From Eledone cirrhosa (taxonomy: Eukaryota), in the NCBI GenBank assembly GCA_964016885.1, contig OZ024740.1, positions 130,882,001 to 130,946,000 of the forward strand: a DNA stretch of 64,000 nt, in the 5' to 3' direction. How positions within the stretch are numbered: position 1 is the first letter of the stretch; every line of letters starts with the position of its first letter. The notes below the pieces were generated by a model. That model saw nothing but the letters and a program-made list of their open reading frames with translations, was not told the DNA's origin and searched no databases. Of this stretch, positions 1 to 12,640 are shown in pieces. The translations under genes and the position numbers were made by a program.

Positions 1-144
1 TAATTTGAGCTAAATTATTAGTGTAAACATTGATGCAATTCAATTCAAGCACACAAATTACTTTTCCACATAGGAGTGACGGATTAAATATCGAATAAGG
101 AAAAGCGAAGTAGTTTCAGATGTTCAAGTTCTTTAATAATAATG

Positions 145-216
145 CTGTGATATATATTTCAATGACGACACTGGCCACACTGTTCTGTGTGCCAGTGTTG
201 TGACATCATCAGACAG
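145..216 (-). ncRNA. Type I hammerhead ribozyme (array unit)
   Basis: Minus strand: ctgt-CTGATGA-long helix II-GAA-atatatat (palindromic helix III)-C-acag. Confidence 0.75.
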
Positions 217-1466
217 ATTGTTACATAATAAGGTTATGTTTCCGAGGCAATCCAAATTGAATCGACATGGGAACGGATGAAGTGTGTGCTTTTGGGTTCT
301 TCATCCGTTCTCCTATGAGTATCAATTCACCCCCACTGGTCTGCGTAGGCGCATGTCCGAAGTAACTTGACCATTAGCTACCGCAGATTTCAACTAAATT
401 GGCTTAGTCAGTTCACCCTCTCAGTCAAACAATGGCCCACCTAGGCCTGTACCATAGTTTACTGTTCCCCATCCCGACCGTGGCAGTCAGCCGAAAGCCA
501 GAGGGGATGGGATAGTGTTAGTTTTTACAGGTCACAATACTACCTCTCACCAAGCGTGGACAAGGCGACTGACCATCAACTCATGAGAGAAAATAAACTT
601 AATTCTAGGTATCATGGTTTTACATTGGAAGTTAAGAGTGAGAGTTGGAAATAAAAATTAAAATCCTAAATCAAATATCAGAAATTATGAATTAAACAAT
701 TAAAAAATTAACAATTAGAAATAAAAAATTAAAAAAATTTTAGAAATAGGAAAATGTTTCAAGTGAGAATCCGGATTTAGGTGAGTAAAAAAATATAGAT
801 TGAAGTGAGAAAATAATATGGAGAACGATGTTTAAGTAAGAAGTTTTGAGAGGGGTTCTAATGTCACAGTTACTCTATCCACATATTGAACGACGGCGCC
901 GTACATTTGAACGGAGGTTAAACTACAGTATTCAAGGTGGTAGTCAATCTGGTACACAGTCATAATTTCCATCACATGGAACAAAACCAAATAAAAACAG
1001 ACATAAAGTACACAAAAGAAAAGAACCAATAATGAATAAATCCCAAAACACAGAGTACATATATGCAAAATGATCCTTATGTTTATCAATCTGTCAATGT
1101 ATAAATTGAATTGAGAGGGCTTCTGTTCAAATGCGATTTGGTGCAGGAAAATAGGGGTTTATCTTAGTTCTTGTTTCCGCGTATTTATCCTGCCGATTGT
1201 TACTATTATGTCTGTCCAGTGTCAGGGCTTTCTATACCCATGGTAGAGGGAATTTCCAGGGGTAGCTGATGGTTGGTTCCTCTCTTCTCCACCATATCGA
1301 TTACATCATAGAGCGCTCAACTAACTGGAGCTAAATTATTAGGGTAAATATTGATGCAATTCAATTCAAGCACTCAACGTAATTTTTCCACATAGGAGAG
1401 ACGGATTAAATATCGAATAAGGAAAAGCGAAGTAGTTTCAGATATTCAAGTTCTTTAATAATTATG

Positions 1467-1538
1467 CTGTGATATATATTTCAATGACGACACTGGCCAC
1501 ACTGTTCTGTGTGCCAGTGTTGTGACATCATCAGACAG
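1467..1538 (-). ncRNA. Type I hammerhead ribozyme (array unit)
   Basis: Same motif as 145-216. Confidence 0.75.
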
Positions 1539-2788
1539 ATTGTTACATAATAAGGTTATGTTTCCGAGGCAATCCAAATTGAATCGACATGGGAACGGAT
1601 GAAGTGTGTGCTTTTGGGTTCTTCATCCGTTCTCCTATGAGTATCAATTCACCCCCACTGGTCTGCGTAGGCGCATGTCCGAAGGAAGTTGACCATTAGC
1701 TACCGCAGATTTCAACTAAATTGGCTTAGTCAGTTCACCCTCTCAGTCAAACAATGGCCCACCTAGGCCTGTACCATAGTTTACTGTTCCCTATCCCGAC
1801 TGTGGCAGTCAGCTGAAAGCCAGAGGGGATGGGATAGTGTTAGTTTTTACAGGTCACAATACTACCTCTCACCAAGCGTGGACAAGGCGACTGACCATCA
1901 ACTCATGAGAGAAAATAAACTTAATTCTAGGTATCATGGTTTTACATTGGAAGTTAAGAGTGAGAGTTGGAAATAAAAATTAAAATCCTAAATCAAATAT
2001 CAGAAATTATGAATTAAACAATTAAAAAATTAACAATTAGAAATAAAAAATTAAAAGAATTTTAGAAATAGGAAAAAGTTTCAAGTGAGAATCCAGATTT
2101 AGGTGAGTAAAAAAATATAGATTGAAGTGAGAAAATAATATGGAGAACGATGTTTAAGTAAGAAGTTCTGAGAGGGATTCTAATGTCACAGTTACTTTAT
2201 CCACATATTGAACGACGGCGCCGTACATTTGAACGGAGGTTAAACTACAGTATTCAAGGTGGTAGTCAATCTGGTACACAGTCATAATTTCCATCACATG
2301 GAACAAAACCAAATAAAAACAGACATAAAGTACACAAAAGAAAAGAACCAATAATGAATAAATCCCAAAACACAGAGTACATATATGCAAAATGATCCTT
2401 ATGTTTATCAATCTGTCAATGTATAGATTGAATTGAGAGGGCTTCTGTTCAAATGCGATTTGGTGCAGGAAAATAGGGGTTTATCTTAGTTCTTGTTTCC
2501 GCGTATTTATCCTGCCGATTGTTACTATTATGTCTGTCCAGTGTCAGGGCTTTCTATACCCATGGTAGAGGGAATTTCCAGGGGTAGCTGATGGTTGGTT
2601 CCTCTCTTCTCCACCATATCGATTACATCATAGAGCGCTCAACTAACTGGAGCTAAATTATTAGGGTAAATATTGATGCAATTCAATTCAAGCACTCAAC
2701 GTAATTTTTCCACATAGGAGAGACGGATTAAATATCGAATAAGGAAAAGCGAAGTAGTTTCAGATATTCAAGTTCTTTAATAATTATG

Positions 2789-2860
2789 CTGTGATATATA
2801 TTTCAATGACGACACTGGCCACACTGTTCTGTGTGCCAGTGTTGTGACATCATCAGACAG
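2789..2860 (-). ncRNA. Type I hammerhead ribozyme (array unit)
   Basis: Same motif as 145-216. Confidence 0.75.
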
Positions 2861-4109
2861 ATTGTTACATAATAAGGTTATGTTTCCGAGGCAATCCAAA
2901 TTGAATCGACATGTGAACGGATGAAGTGTGTGCTTTTGGGTTCTTCATCCGTTCTCCTATGAGTATCAATTCACCCCCACTGGTCTGCGTAGGCGCATGT
3001 CCGAAGGAAGTTGACCATTAGCTACCGCAGATTTCAACTAAATTGGCTTAGTCAGTTCACCCTCTCAGTCAAACAATGGCCCACCTAGGCCTGTACCATA
3101 GTTTACTGTTCCCTATCCCGACTGTGGCAGTCAGCTGAAAGCCAGAGGGGATGGGATAGTGTTAGTTTTTACAGGTCACAATACTACCTCTCACCAAGCG
3201 TGGACAAGGCGACTGACCATCAACTCATGAGAGAAAATAAACTTAATTCTAGGTATCATGGTTTTACATTGGAAGTTAAGAGTGAGAGTTGGAAATAAAA
3301 ATTAAAATCCTAAATCAAATATCAGAAATTATGAATTAAACAATTAAAAAATTAACAATTAGAAATAAAAAATTAAAAAAATTTTAGAAATAGGAAAAAG
3401 TTTCAAGTGAGAATCCGGATTTAGGTGAGTAAAAAAATATAGATTGAAGTGAGAAAATAATATGGAGAACGATGTTTAAGTAAGAAGTTCTGAGAGGGAT
3501 TCTAATGTCACAGTTACTTTATCCACATATTGAACGACGGCGCCGTACATTTGAACGGAGGTTAAACTACAGTATTCAAGGTATTATTCAATCTGGTACA
3601 CAGTCATAATTTCCATCACATGGAACAAAACCAAATAAAAACAGACATAAAGTACACAAAAGAAAAGAACCAATAATGAATAAATCCCAAAAAACAGAGT
3701 ACATATATGCAAAATGATCCTCATGATTATCAATCTGTCAATGTATAGATTGAATTGAGAGGGCTTCTGTTCAAATGCGATTTGGTGCAGGAAAATAGGG
3801 GTTTATATTAGTTCTTGTTTCCGCGTATTTATCCTGCCGATTATTACTTTTATGTCTGTCCAGTGTCAGGGGTTTCTATACCCATGGTAGAGGGAATTTC
3901 CAGGGGTAGCTGATGGTTGGTTCCTCTCTTCTCCACCATATCGATTACATCATAGAGCGCTCAACTAATTGGAGCTAAATTATTAGGGTAAATATTGATG
4001 CAATTCAATTCAAGCACTCAACGTAATTTTTCCACATAGGAGTGACGGATTAAATATCGAATAAGGAAAAGAGAAGTAGTTTCAGATGTTCAAGTTCTTT
4101 AATAATTAT

Positions 4110-4183
4110 GCTGTGATATATATTTCAATGACGACACTGGCCACACTGTTCTGTGTGCCAGTGTTGTGAGATCATCACACAGC
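4110..4183 (-). ncRNA. Hammerhead ribozyme copy with C3G core mutation (probably inactive)
   Basis: Minus strand gctgt-GTGATGA...GAAAtatatatC-acagc. Confidence 0.65.
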
Positions 4184-6431
4184 TTGTTACATAATAAGGT
4201 TATGTTTCCGAGGCAATCCAAATTGAATCGACATGGGAACGGATGAAGTGTGTGCTTCTGGGTTCTTCATTCGTTCTCTTGTGGGTACCAATTCAACCCC
4301 ACCTGTCTGCGCAGGCGCATGTCCGAAGGAAGTTGAACAATAGCTACCGCAGATTTCAACGAAATTCGCTTAGTCAGTTCACCCTCTCAGCCAAACAATG
4401 GCCCTCCTAGTCCTGTACCATAGTTTACCTCTACCCATCCCAACTGTCGCAGTCAGCCGAAAGCCAGATTGATAGTGCTAGTTTTTACAGGTCACAATAC
4501 TACCTCTCACCAATCGTGGACAGTACGACTGCCCATCAACTCATCAGAGAAAATAAACGTAATTCTAGGTATCATGATTTTACATTGGAAGTTAAGAGTG
4601 ATAGATGGAAATAATAATTAAAACCCTAAACCAAATATCAGAAATTATAATTTAAACAATTAAAAAAATTAAGAATTAGAAATTACAAAAATGTTTAAGT
4701 GAGAATCCGGATTGTGTTGAGTAAAAAAATATAGATTGAAGTGAGTAAATAATATGGAGAGACATGTTTAAGTAAGAAGTTCTGAGAGGGTTTCTAATGT
4801 CACTGTTACTCTATCCACATATTGAACGACAGCGCCGTACATTAGAACGGAAGTTAAACTACAGTATTCAAGGTAGTAGTCAATCTGGTACACAGTCATA
4901 ATTTCCATCACATGCAACAAAACCAAATAAAAACAGACATTAAGTATACAATAGAAAAGAACCAATAATGAATAAATCCAAAAACACAGAGCACTTATAT
5001 TCAAAATGATCCATATGATTGTCAATCTGTCAATGTATAGATTGAATTGAGGGGGATTCTGTTCAAATGCGATTTGGTGCAGGAAAATAGGGGTTAATCT
5101 TAGTTTTTGTTTCCGCGTATTTAACTTGCCGAAAGTTACTATTATCTCCGATACTCGCACACAGAACAGTGTGGCCAGTGTCGTCATTGAAATATATATC
5201 ACAGCATCATTATTAAAGGATTTGAACATCTGAAACTACTTCGCTTTTCCTTATTCGATATTTACTCCGTCACTCCTATGTGGAAAAATTACGTTGAGTG
5301 CTTGAATTGAATTGCATCAATATTTACCCTAATAACTTAGCTCCAATTAGTTGAGTGCTCTATGATTTAACCGATATGGTGGAGAAGAGAGGAACCAACC
5401 ACCAGCTACCCCTGGAAATTCCCTCTACCATGGGGATGGAAACCCCTGACACTGGACGGACATAATAGTAACAATCAGCAGGATAGATATTCGGAAACAA
5501 AAACTAAGATAAACCCCTTTTTTCCTGCACCAAATCGCATTTGAACAGAAGCTCCCTCAATTCAATCTATACATTGACAGATTGAGAATCATATGGATAA
5601 TTTTGCATATATGTACATTATTGGTTCTTTTCTTTTGTGTACTTTATGTCTGTTTTTATTTGGTTTTGTTCCATGTGATGGAAATTATGACTGTGTACCA
5701 GATTGACTACAACCTTGAATACTGTAGTTTAACTTCCGTTCTAATGTACGGCGCTGTCGTTCAATATGTGGATAGAGTAACTGTGACATTAGAACACCTC
5801 TCACAACTTCTTACGTAAACATCGCTCTCCATATTATTTACTCACTCAATCTAAACTTTTTTACTCACCTCATACCAGCTTCTCACTTGAAAAATTTTTT
5901 AATTTCTTAAATTTTTTTAATTTTTAATTTCTAATTGTTAATTTTTTAATTGTTTAATTCATAATTTCTGATATTTGATGTAGGATTTTAATTTTTATTT
6001 CCAACTCTCACCCCTAACTTCCAGTGTAAAACCATGTTACCTAGAATTAAGTTTATTTTCTCTTATGAGTTGATGGAGAGTCGTACTGTCCACGCTTGGT
6101 GAGAGGTAGAATTGGGACCTGTAAAAACTATCACTATCCCATCTCCTCTGGCTTTCGGCTGACTGCGACAGTTGGGATGGGTAGCAGTAAACTATGGTAC
6201 AGGCCTAGGTGGGCCATTTTTTGGCTGAGAGGGTGAACTGACTAAGCGAATTTCGTTGAAATCTGCGGTATCTAATGGTCAACTTCCTTCGGACATGCGC
6301 CTGCGCAGACCGGTGAGGGTGAATTGGTACTCACAGGGGAACGGATGAAGAACCCAAAAGCACACACTTCATCCGTTCCCATGTCGATTCAATTTGTATT
6401 GCCTCGGAAACATAACCTTATTATGTAATAA

Positions 6432-6505
6432 GCTGCCTGATGATGTCACGATACTCGCACACAGAACAGTGTGGCCAGTGTCGTCATTGAAATATATATC
6501 ACAGC
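6432..6505 (+). ncRNA. Type I hammerhead ribozyme (array unit, C-A mismatch at first helix I pair)
   Basis: gctgc-CTGATGA...GAAAtatatatC-acagc. Confidence 0.7.
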
Positions 6506-7752
6506 ATTATTATTAAAGGACTTGAACATCTGAAACTACTTCGCTTTTCCTTATTCGATATTTACTCCGTCACTCCTATGTGGAAAAATTACGTTGAGTG
6601 CTTGAATTGAATTGCATCAATGTTTACCCTAATAATTTAGCTCCAATTAGTTGAGCGCTCTATGATTTAACCGATATGGTGGAGAAGAGAGGAACCAACC
6701 ATCAGCTACCCCTGGAAATTCCCTCTACCATGGGGATGGAAACCACTGACACTGGACTGACATAATAGTAACAATCGGCAGGATAAATACGCGGAAACAA
6801 AAACTAAGATAAACCCCTTTTTACCTGCACCAAATCACATTTGAACAGAAGCTCCCTCAATTCATTCTATACATTGACAGATTGACAATCATATAGATCA
6901 TTTTGCATATATGTACTCTGTGTTTTTGCATTTATACATTATTGGTTCTTTTCTTTTGTGTACTTTATGTCTGTTTTTATTTGGTTTTGTTACATGCGAT
7001 GGAAATTATGACTGTGTACCAGATTGACTACTGCCTTGAATACTGTAGTTTACCCTCCGTTCTAATGTACGGCGCTGTCGTTCAATATGTGGATAGAGTA
7101 ACTGTGACGTTAGAACCCCTCTCAGAACTTCTTACTTAAACATCTCTCTCCATATTATTTACTCACTTCAATCTACGTTTTTTTACTCACCTCAATCTGT
7201 ATTCTCACTTGAAACATTTTTTATTTCTAAAATTTTTTTAATTTTTTATTTCTAATTGTTAATTTTTTAATTGTTTAATTCATAATTTCTGATATTTGAT
7301 TTAGGATTTTAATTTTTATTTGCAACTCTCACTCTTAACTTCCTATGTAAAACCATGATACCTAGAATTAAGTTTATTTTCTTTTATGAGTTGATGGTCA
7401 GTCGTACTGTCCACGGTTGGTGAGAGGTAGTATTGAGACCTGTAAAAACTAACACTATCCCATCTCCTCTGGCTTTCGGCTGACTGCCATAGTCTGCATG
7501 GGTAGCAGTAAACTATGGTACAGGCCTAGGTGGGCCATTGTTTCGCCGAGAGAGTGAACTGACTAACCGAATTTCCTTGAAATCTGCGGTAGCTAATGGT
7601 CAACTTCCTTCGGACATGCGCCTGTGCAGACCGGTGGGGGTGAATTGGTACTCACAGGGGACGGATGAAGAACCCAAAAGCACACACTTCATCCGTTCCC
7701 ATGTCGATTTAATTTGGATTGCCTCAGGAAGCATAACCTTATTATGTAACAA

Positions 7753-7826
7753 GCTGTCTGATGATGTCACGACACTCGCACACAGAACAGTGTGGCCAGT
7801 GTCGTCATTGAAATATATATCACAGC
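7753..7826 (+). ncRNA. Type I hammerhead ribozyme (array unit), predicted cleavage after AUC at 7821
   Basis: gctgt-CTGATGA-tgtc acgacact...agtgtcgt catt-GAA-atatatat-C-acagc; 5 bp helix I. Confidence 0.8.
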
Positions 7827-9061
7827 ATTATTATTAAAGAACTTGAACATCTGAAACTACTTCGCTTTTCCTTATTCGATATTTACTCCGTCACGCCTAT
7901 GTGGAAAAAGTACGTTGAATTGAATTGCATCAATGTTTACCCTAATAATTTAGCTCCAATTAGTTGAGCTCTCTATGATGTAACCGATATGGTGGAGAGG
8001 AACCAACCATCAGCTACCCCTGGAAATTCCCTCTACCATGGGGATGGAAACCCCTGACACTGGACGGACATAATAGTAACTTCCGGCAGAATAAATACGC
8101 GGAAACAAAAACTAAGATAAACCCCTAATTACCTGCACCAAATCGCATTTGAACAGAAGCTCCCTCAATTCAATCTATACATTGACAGATTGACAATCAT
8201 AAGGATCATTTTGCATATATGTACTCTGTGTTTTTGCATTTATTCATTATTGTTTTTTTTCTTTTGTGTACTTTATGTCTGTGTTTATCTGGTTTTGTTC
8301 CATGTCAATGAAATTATGACTGTGTACCAGATTGACTACTGCCTTGAATACTGTAGTTTTCCCTCCGTTCTAATGTACGGCGCTGTCGTTCAATATGTGG
8401 ATAGAGTAACTGTGACGTTAGAACCCCTCTCAGAACTTCTTACTTAAACATCTCTCTCCATATTATTTACTCACTTCAATCTATGTTTTTTTTACTCACC
8501 TCAATCTGAATTCTCACTTGAAAATATTTCTAATTTCTAAAAATTTGTTAATTTTTGATTTCTAATTGTTAATTTTTTAATTGTTTAATTTATAATTTCT
8601 GATATTTGATTTAGCATTTTAATTTTTATTTCCAACTCTCACTTTTAACTTTCAACGTAAAATCATGATACCTAGACTTAAGTTTATTTTCTCTCATGAG
8701 TTGATGGAGAGTCGTACTGTCCACGCTTGGTGAGAGGTAGTATTGTGACCTGTAATAACTAACACTATCCCATCCCCTCTGGCTTTCGCTGACTGCCACA
8801 GTCGGGATGGGTAGCAGTAAACTATGGTACAGACCTAGTTGGGCCATTGTTTGGCTGAGAGGGTGAACTGACTAAGCGAATTTCGTTGAAATCTGCGGTA
8901 TCTAATGGTCAACTTCCTTCGGACATGCGCCTGCGCAGACCGGTGAGGGTGAATTGGTACTCACAGGGGAACGGATGAAGAACCCAAAAGCACACACTTC
9001 ATCCGTTCCCATGTCGATTCAATTTGTATTGCCTCGGAAACATAACCTTATTATGTAATAA

Positions 9062-9135
9062 GCTGCCTGATGATGTCACGATACTCGCACACAGAACAGT
9101 GTGGCCAGTGTCGTCATTGAAATATATATCACAGC
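9062..9135 (+). ncRNA. Type I hammerhead ribozyme (duplicate of 6432-6505)
   Basis: Same sequence as 6432-6505. Confidence 0.7.
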
Positions 9136-10382
9136 ATTATTATTAAAGGACTTGAACATCTGAAACTACTTCGCTTTTCCTTATTCGATATTTACTCCGT
9201 CACTCCTATGTGGAAAAATTACGTTGAGTGCTTGAATTGAATTGCATCAATGTTTACCCTAATAATTTAGCTCCAATTAGTTGAGCGCTCTATGATTTAA
9301 CCGATATGGTGGAGAAGAGAGGAACCAACCATCAGCTACCCCTGGAAATTCCCTCTACCATGGGGATGGAAACCACTGACACTGGACTGACATAATAGTA
9401 ACAATCGGCAGGATAAATACGCGGAAACAAAAACTAAGATAAACCCCTTTTTACCTGCACCAAATCACATTTGAACAGAAGCTCCCTCAATTCATTCTAT
9501 ACATTGACAGATTGACAATCATATAGATCATTTTGCATATATGTACTCTGTGTTTTTGCATTTATACATTATTGGTTCTTTTCTTTTGTGTACTTTATGT
9601 CTGTTTTTATTTGGTTTTGTTACATGCGATGGAAATTATGACTGTGTACCAGATTGACTACTGCCTTGAATACTGTAGTTTACCCTCCGTTCTAATGTAC
9701 GGCGCTGTCGTTCAATATGTGGATAGAGTAACTGTGACGTTAGAACCCCTCTCAGAACTTCTTACTTAAACATCTCTCTCCATATTATTTACTCACTTCA
9801 ATCTACGTTTTTTTACTCACCTCAATCTGTATTCTCACTTGAAACATTTTTTATTTCTAAAATTTTTTTAATTTTTTATTTCTAATTGTTAATTTTTTAA
9901 TTGTTTAATTCATAATTTCTGATATTTGATTTAGGATTTTAATTTTTATTTGCAACTCTCACTCTTAACTTCCTATGTAAAACCATGATACCTAGAATTA
10001 AGTTTATTTTCTTTTATGAGTTGATGGTCAGTCGTACTGTCCACGGTTGGTGAGAGGTAGTATTGAGACCTGTAAAAACTAACACTATCCCATCCCCTCT
10101 GGCTTTCGGCTGACTGCCATAGTCTGCATGGGTAGCAGTAAACTATGGTACAGGCCTAGGTGGGCCATTGTTTCGCCGAGAGAGTGAACTGACTAACCGA
10201 ATTTCCTTGAAATCTGCGGTAGCTAATGGTCAACTTCCTTCGGACATGCGCCTGCGCAGACCGGTGGGGGTGAATTGGTACTCACAGGGGACGGATGAAG
10301 AACCCAAAAGCACACACTTCATCCGTTCCCATGTCGATTTAATTTGGATTGCCTCAGGAAGCATAACCTTATTATGTAACAA

Positions 10383-10456
10383 GCTGTCTGATGATGTCAC
10401 GACACTCGCACACAGAACAGTGTGGCCAGTGTCGTCATTGAAATATATATCACAGC
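10383..10456 (+). ncRNA. Type I hammerhead ribozyme (duplicate of 7753-7826)
   Basis: Same sequence as 7753-7826. Confidence 0.8.
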
Positions 10457-11692
10457 ATTATTATTAAAGAACTTGAACATCTGAAACTACTTCGCTTTTC
10501 CTTATTCGATATTTACTCCGTCACGCCTATGTGGAAAAAGTACGTTGAATTGAATTGCATCAATGTTTACCCTAATAATTTAGCTCCAATTAGTTGAGCT
10601 CTCTATGATGTAACCGATATGGTGGAGAGGAACCAACCATCAGCTACCCCTGGAAATTCCCTCTACCATGGGGATGGAAACCCCTGACACTGGACGGACA
10701 TAATAGTAACTTCCGGCAGAATAAATACGCGGAAACAAAAACTAAGATAAACCCCTAATTACCTGCACCAAATCGCATTTGAACAGAAGCTCCCTCAATT
10801 CAATCTATACATTGACAGATTGACAATCATAAGGATCATTTTGCATATATGTACTCTGTGTTTTTGCATTTATTCATTATTGTTTTTTTTCTTTTGTGTA
10901 CTTTATGTCTGTTTTTATCTGGTTTTGTTCCATGTCAATGAAATTATGACTGTGTACCAGATTGACTACTGCCTTGAATACTGTAGTTTTCCCTCCGTTC
11001 TAATGTACGGCGCTGTCGTTCAATATGTGGATAGAGTAACTGTGACGTTAGAACCCCTCTCAGAACTTCTTACTTAAACATCTCTCTCCATATTATTTAC
11101 TCACTTCAATCTATGTTTTTTTTACTCACCTCAATCTGAATTCTCACTTGAAAATATTTCTAATTTCTAAAAATTTGTTAATTTTTGATTTCTAATTGTT
11201 AATTTTTTAATTGTTTAATTTATAATTTCTGATATTTGATTTAGCATTTTAATTTTTATTTCCAACTCTCACTTTTAACTTTCAACGTAAAATCATGATA
11301 CCTAGACTTAAGTTTATTTTCTCTCATGAGTTGATGGAGAGTTGTACTGTCCACGCTTGGTGAGAGGTAGTATTGTGACCTGTAATAACTAACACTATCC
11401 CATCCCCTCTGGCTTTCGCTGACTGCCACAGTCGGGATGGGTAGCAGTAAACTATGGTACAGACCTAGTTGGGCCATTGTTTGGCTGAGAGGGTGAACTG
11501 ACTAAGCGAATTTCGTTGAAATCTGCGGTAACTAATGGTCAACTTCCTTCGGACATGCGCCTGCGCAGACCGGTGGGGGTGAATTGGTACTCACAGGGGA
11601 ACGGATGCAGAACACAAAAGCACACACTTCATCCGTTCGCATGTCGATTCAATTTGGATTGCCTCAGGAAGCATAACCTTATTATGTAACAA

Positions 11693-11766
11693 GCTGTCTG
11701 ATGATGTCACGACACTCGGACACAGAACAGTGTGGCCAGTGTCGTCATTGAAATATATATCACAGC
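11693..11766 (+). ncRNA. Type I hammerhead ribozyme (last array unit, ~130 nt before the (TA)n tail)
   Basis: gctgt-CTGATGA...GAAAtatatatC-acagc. Confidence 0.8.
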
Positions 11767-11889
11767 ATTATTATTAAATAACTTGAACATCTGAAACTAC
11801 TTCGCTTTTCCTTATTCGATATTTATTCCGTCACTCCTATGTGGAAAAATTACGTTGAGTGCTTGAGGTGAATTGCATCAATATATACC

Positions 11890-11983
<94 letters not shown>

Positions 11984-12077
11984 AATACATACATATATAA
12001 AAAAATGTATATATATACACAGAGGTATCCACAGGAAGTTGTGGGGTCTATTCTGCATGAAGAACTCGATGTAATCC

Positions 12078-12138
12078 ATTTATTATAGAATCTAAATTAG
12101 ATATATATATTATATCTAATTTAGATTCTATAATAAAT
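12078..12138. repeat. Perfect 28 bp inverted repeat (fold-back junction)
   Basis: atttattatagaatctaaattagatata / tatatctaatttagattctataataaat. Confidence 0.9.
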
Positions 12139-12640
12139 AGACGCACTGTCTTGTTTTCTCTCTGCTTGCATACAATCCACAAAACATTCCACAAAGTATA
12201 TAGCTAATAACCAAAACTTTATCAATTTAGAATCTTTTTCTCAAAAGCACATATATATATATATACTTCTTTAAAAATATACCCATCTTTCTACCTTATT
12301 TCAAAGTTATTTATTATACATTATATAATACTTGTTACTCATTCTATATCACTCCGACTTATCACTTCCCTTTCTTCATTTTCCCTTTCTTCTCTTTTTC
12401 TTTTACTGTCTAACCCCTAATCTGTACCTTTTCTCACTGTTGCCTAACATAGAAACAATTATTACACAATACAATACATTTTTACTTCATATTACCTTGC
12501 AAAAATCCTTTGTAAACATAAACCTTTTTTGACGTTAGATTATTCATCCTCAATTCATTATTTTTTTCTCCTTTTCATCTAACTTACTCATGCTCATCTC
12601 ACAATATATCCTTACTTACATTACTTGTTGTTATTTTTAA

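Larger units (their letters stand above)
1..5146 (-). repeat. Tandem array of ~1322 bp non-coding HHR-containing units, left arm (~3.9 units, continues past window edge)
   Basis: Same sequence recurs at 1322 bp period (gctgtgatatatatttcaatgacgacac at 144, 1466, 2788, 4110); reverse complement of the array at 5149-11895. Confidence 0.97.
5149..11895 (+). repeat. Tandem array of ~1310-1320 bp HHR-containing units, right arm (~5.1 units), ending in (TA)n
   Basis: cattgaaatatatatcacagc ends at 5205, 6505, 7826, 9135, 10456, 11766; last unit stops at ccctaata and runs into (TA)n. Confidence 0.97.

Noticed and set aside
7538-7837. 99 aa ORF in two array units
   Set aside because: Present only in the duplicated unit, TTG start, overlaps structured RNA and the HHR
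8758-8850. Twister ribozyme resemblance (ctaacact...) in the array unit
   Set aside because: Could not place the P4 loop or the two pseudoknots
8967-9012. SECIS-like hairpin (ATGA...AAA)
   Set aside because: 3' strand is fully Watson-Crick with no GA quartet, and there is no linked selenoprotein ORF
1-11895. snRNA, 5S or tRNA gene tandem array
   Set aside because: No recognisable sequence of these RNAs in the unit
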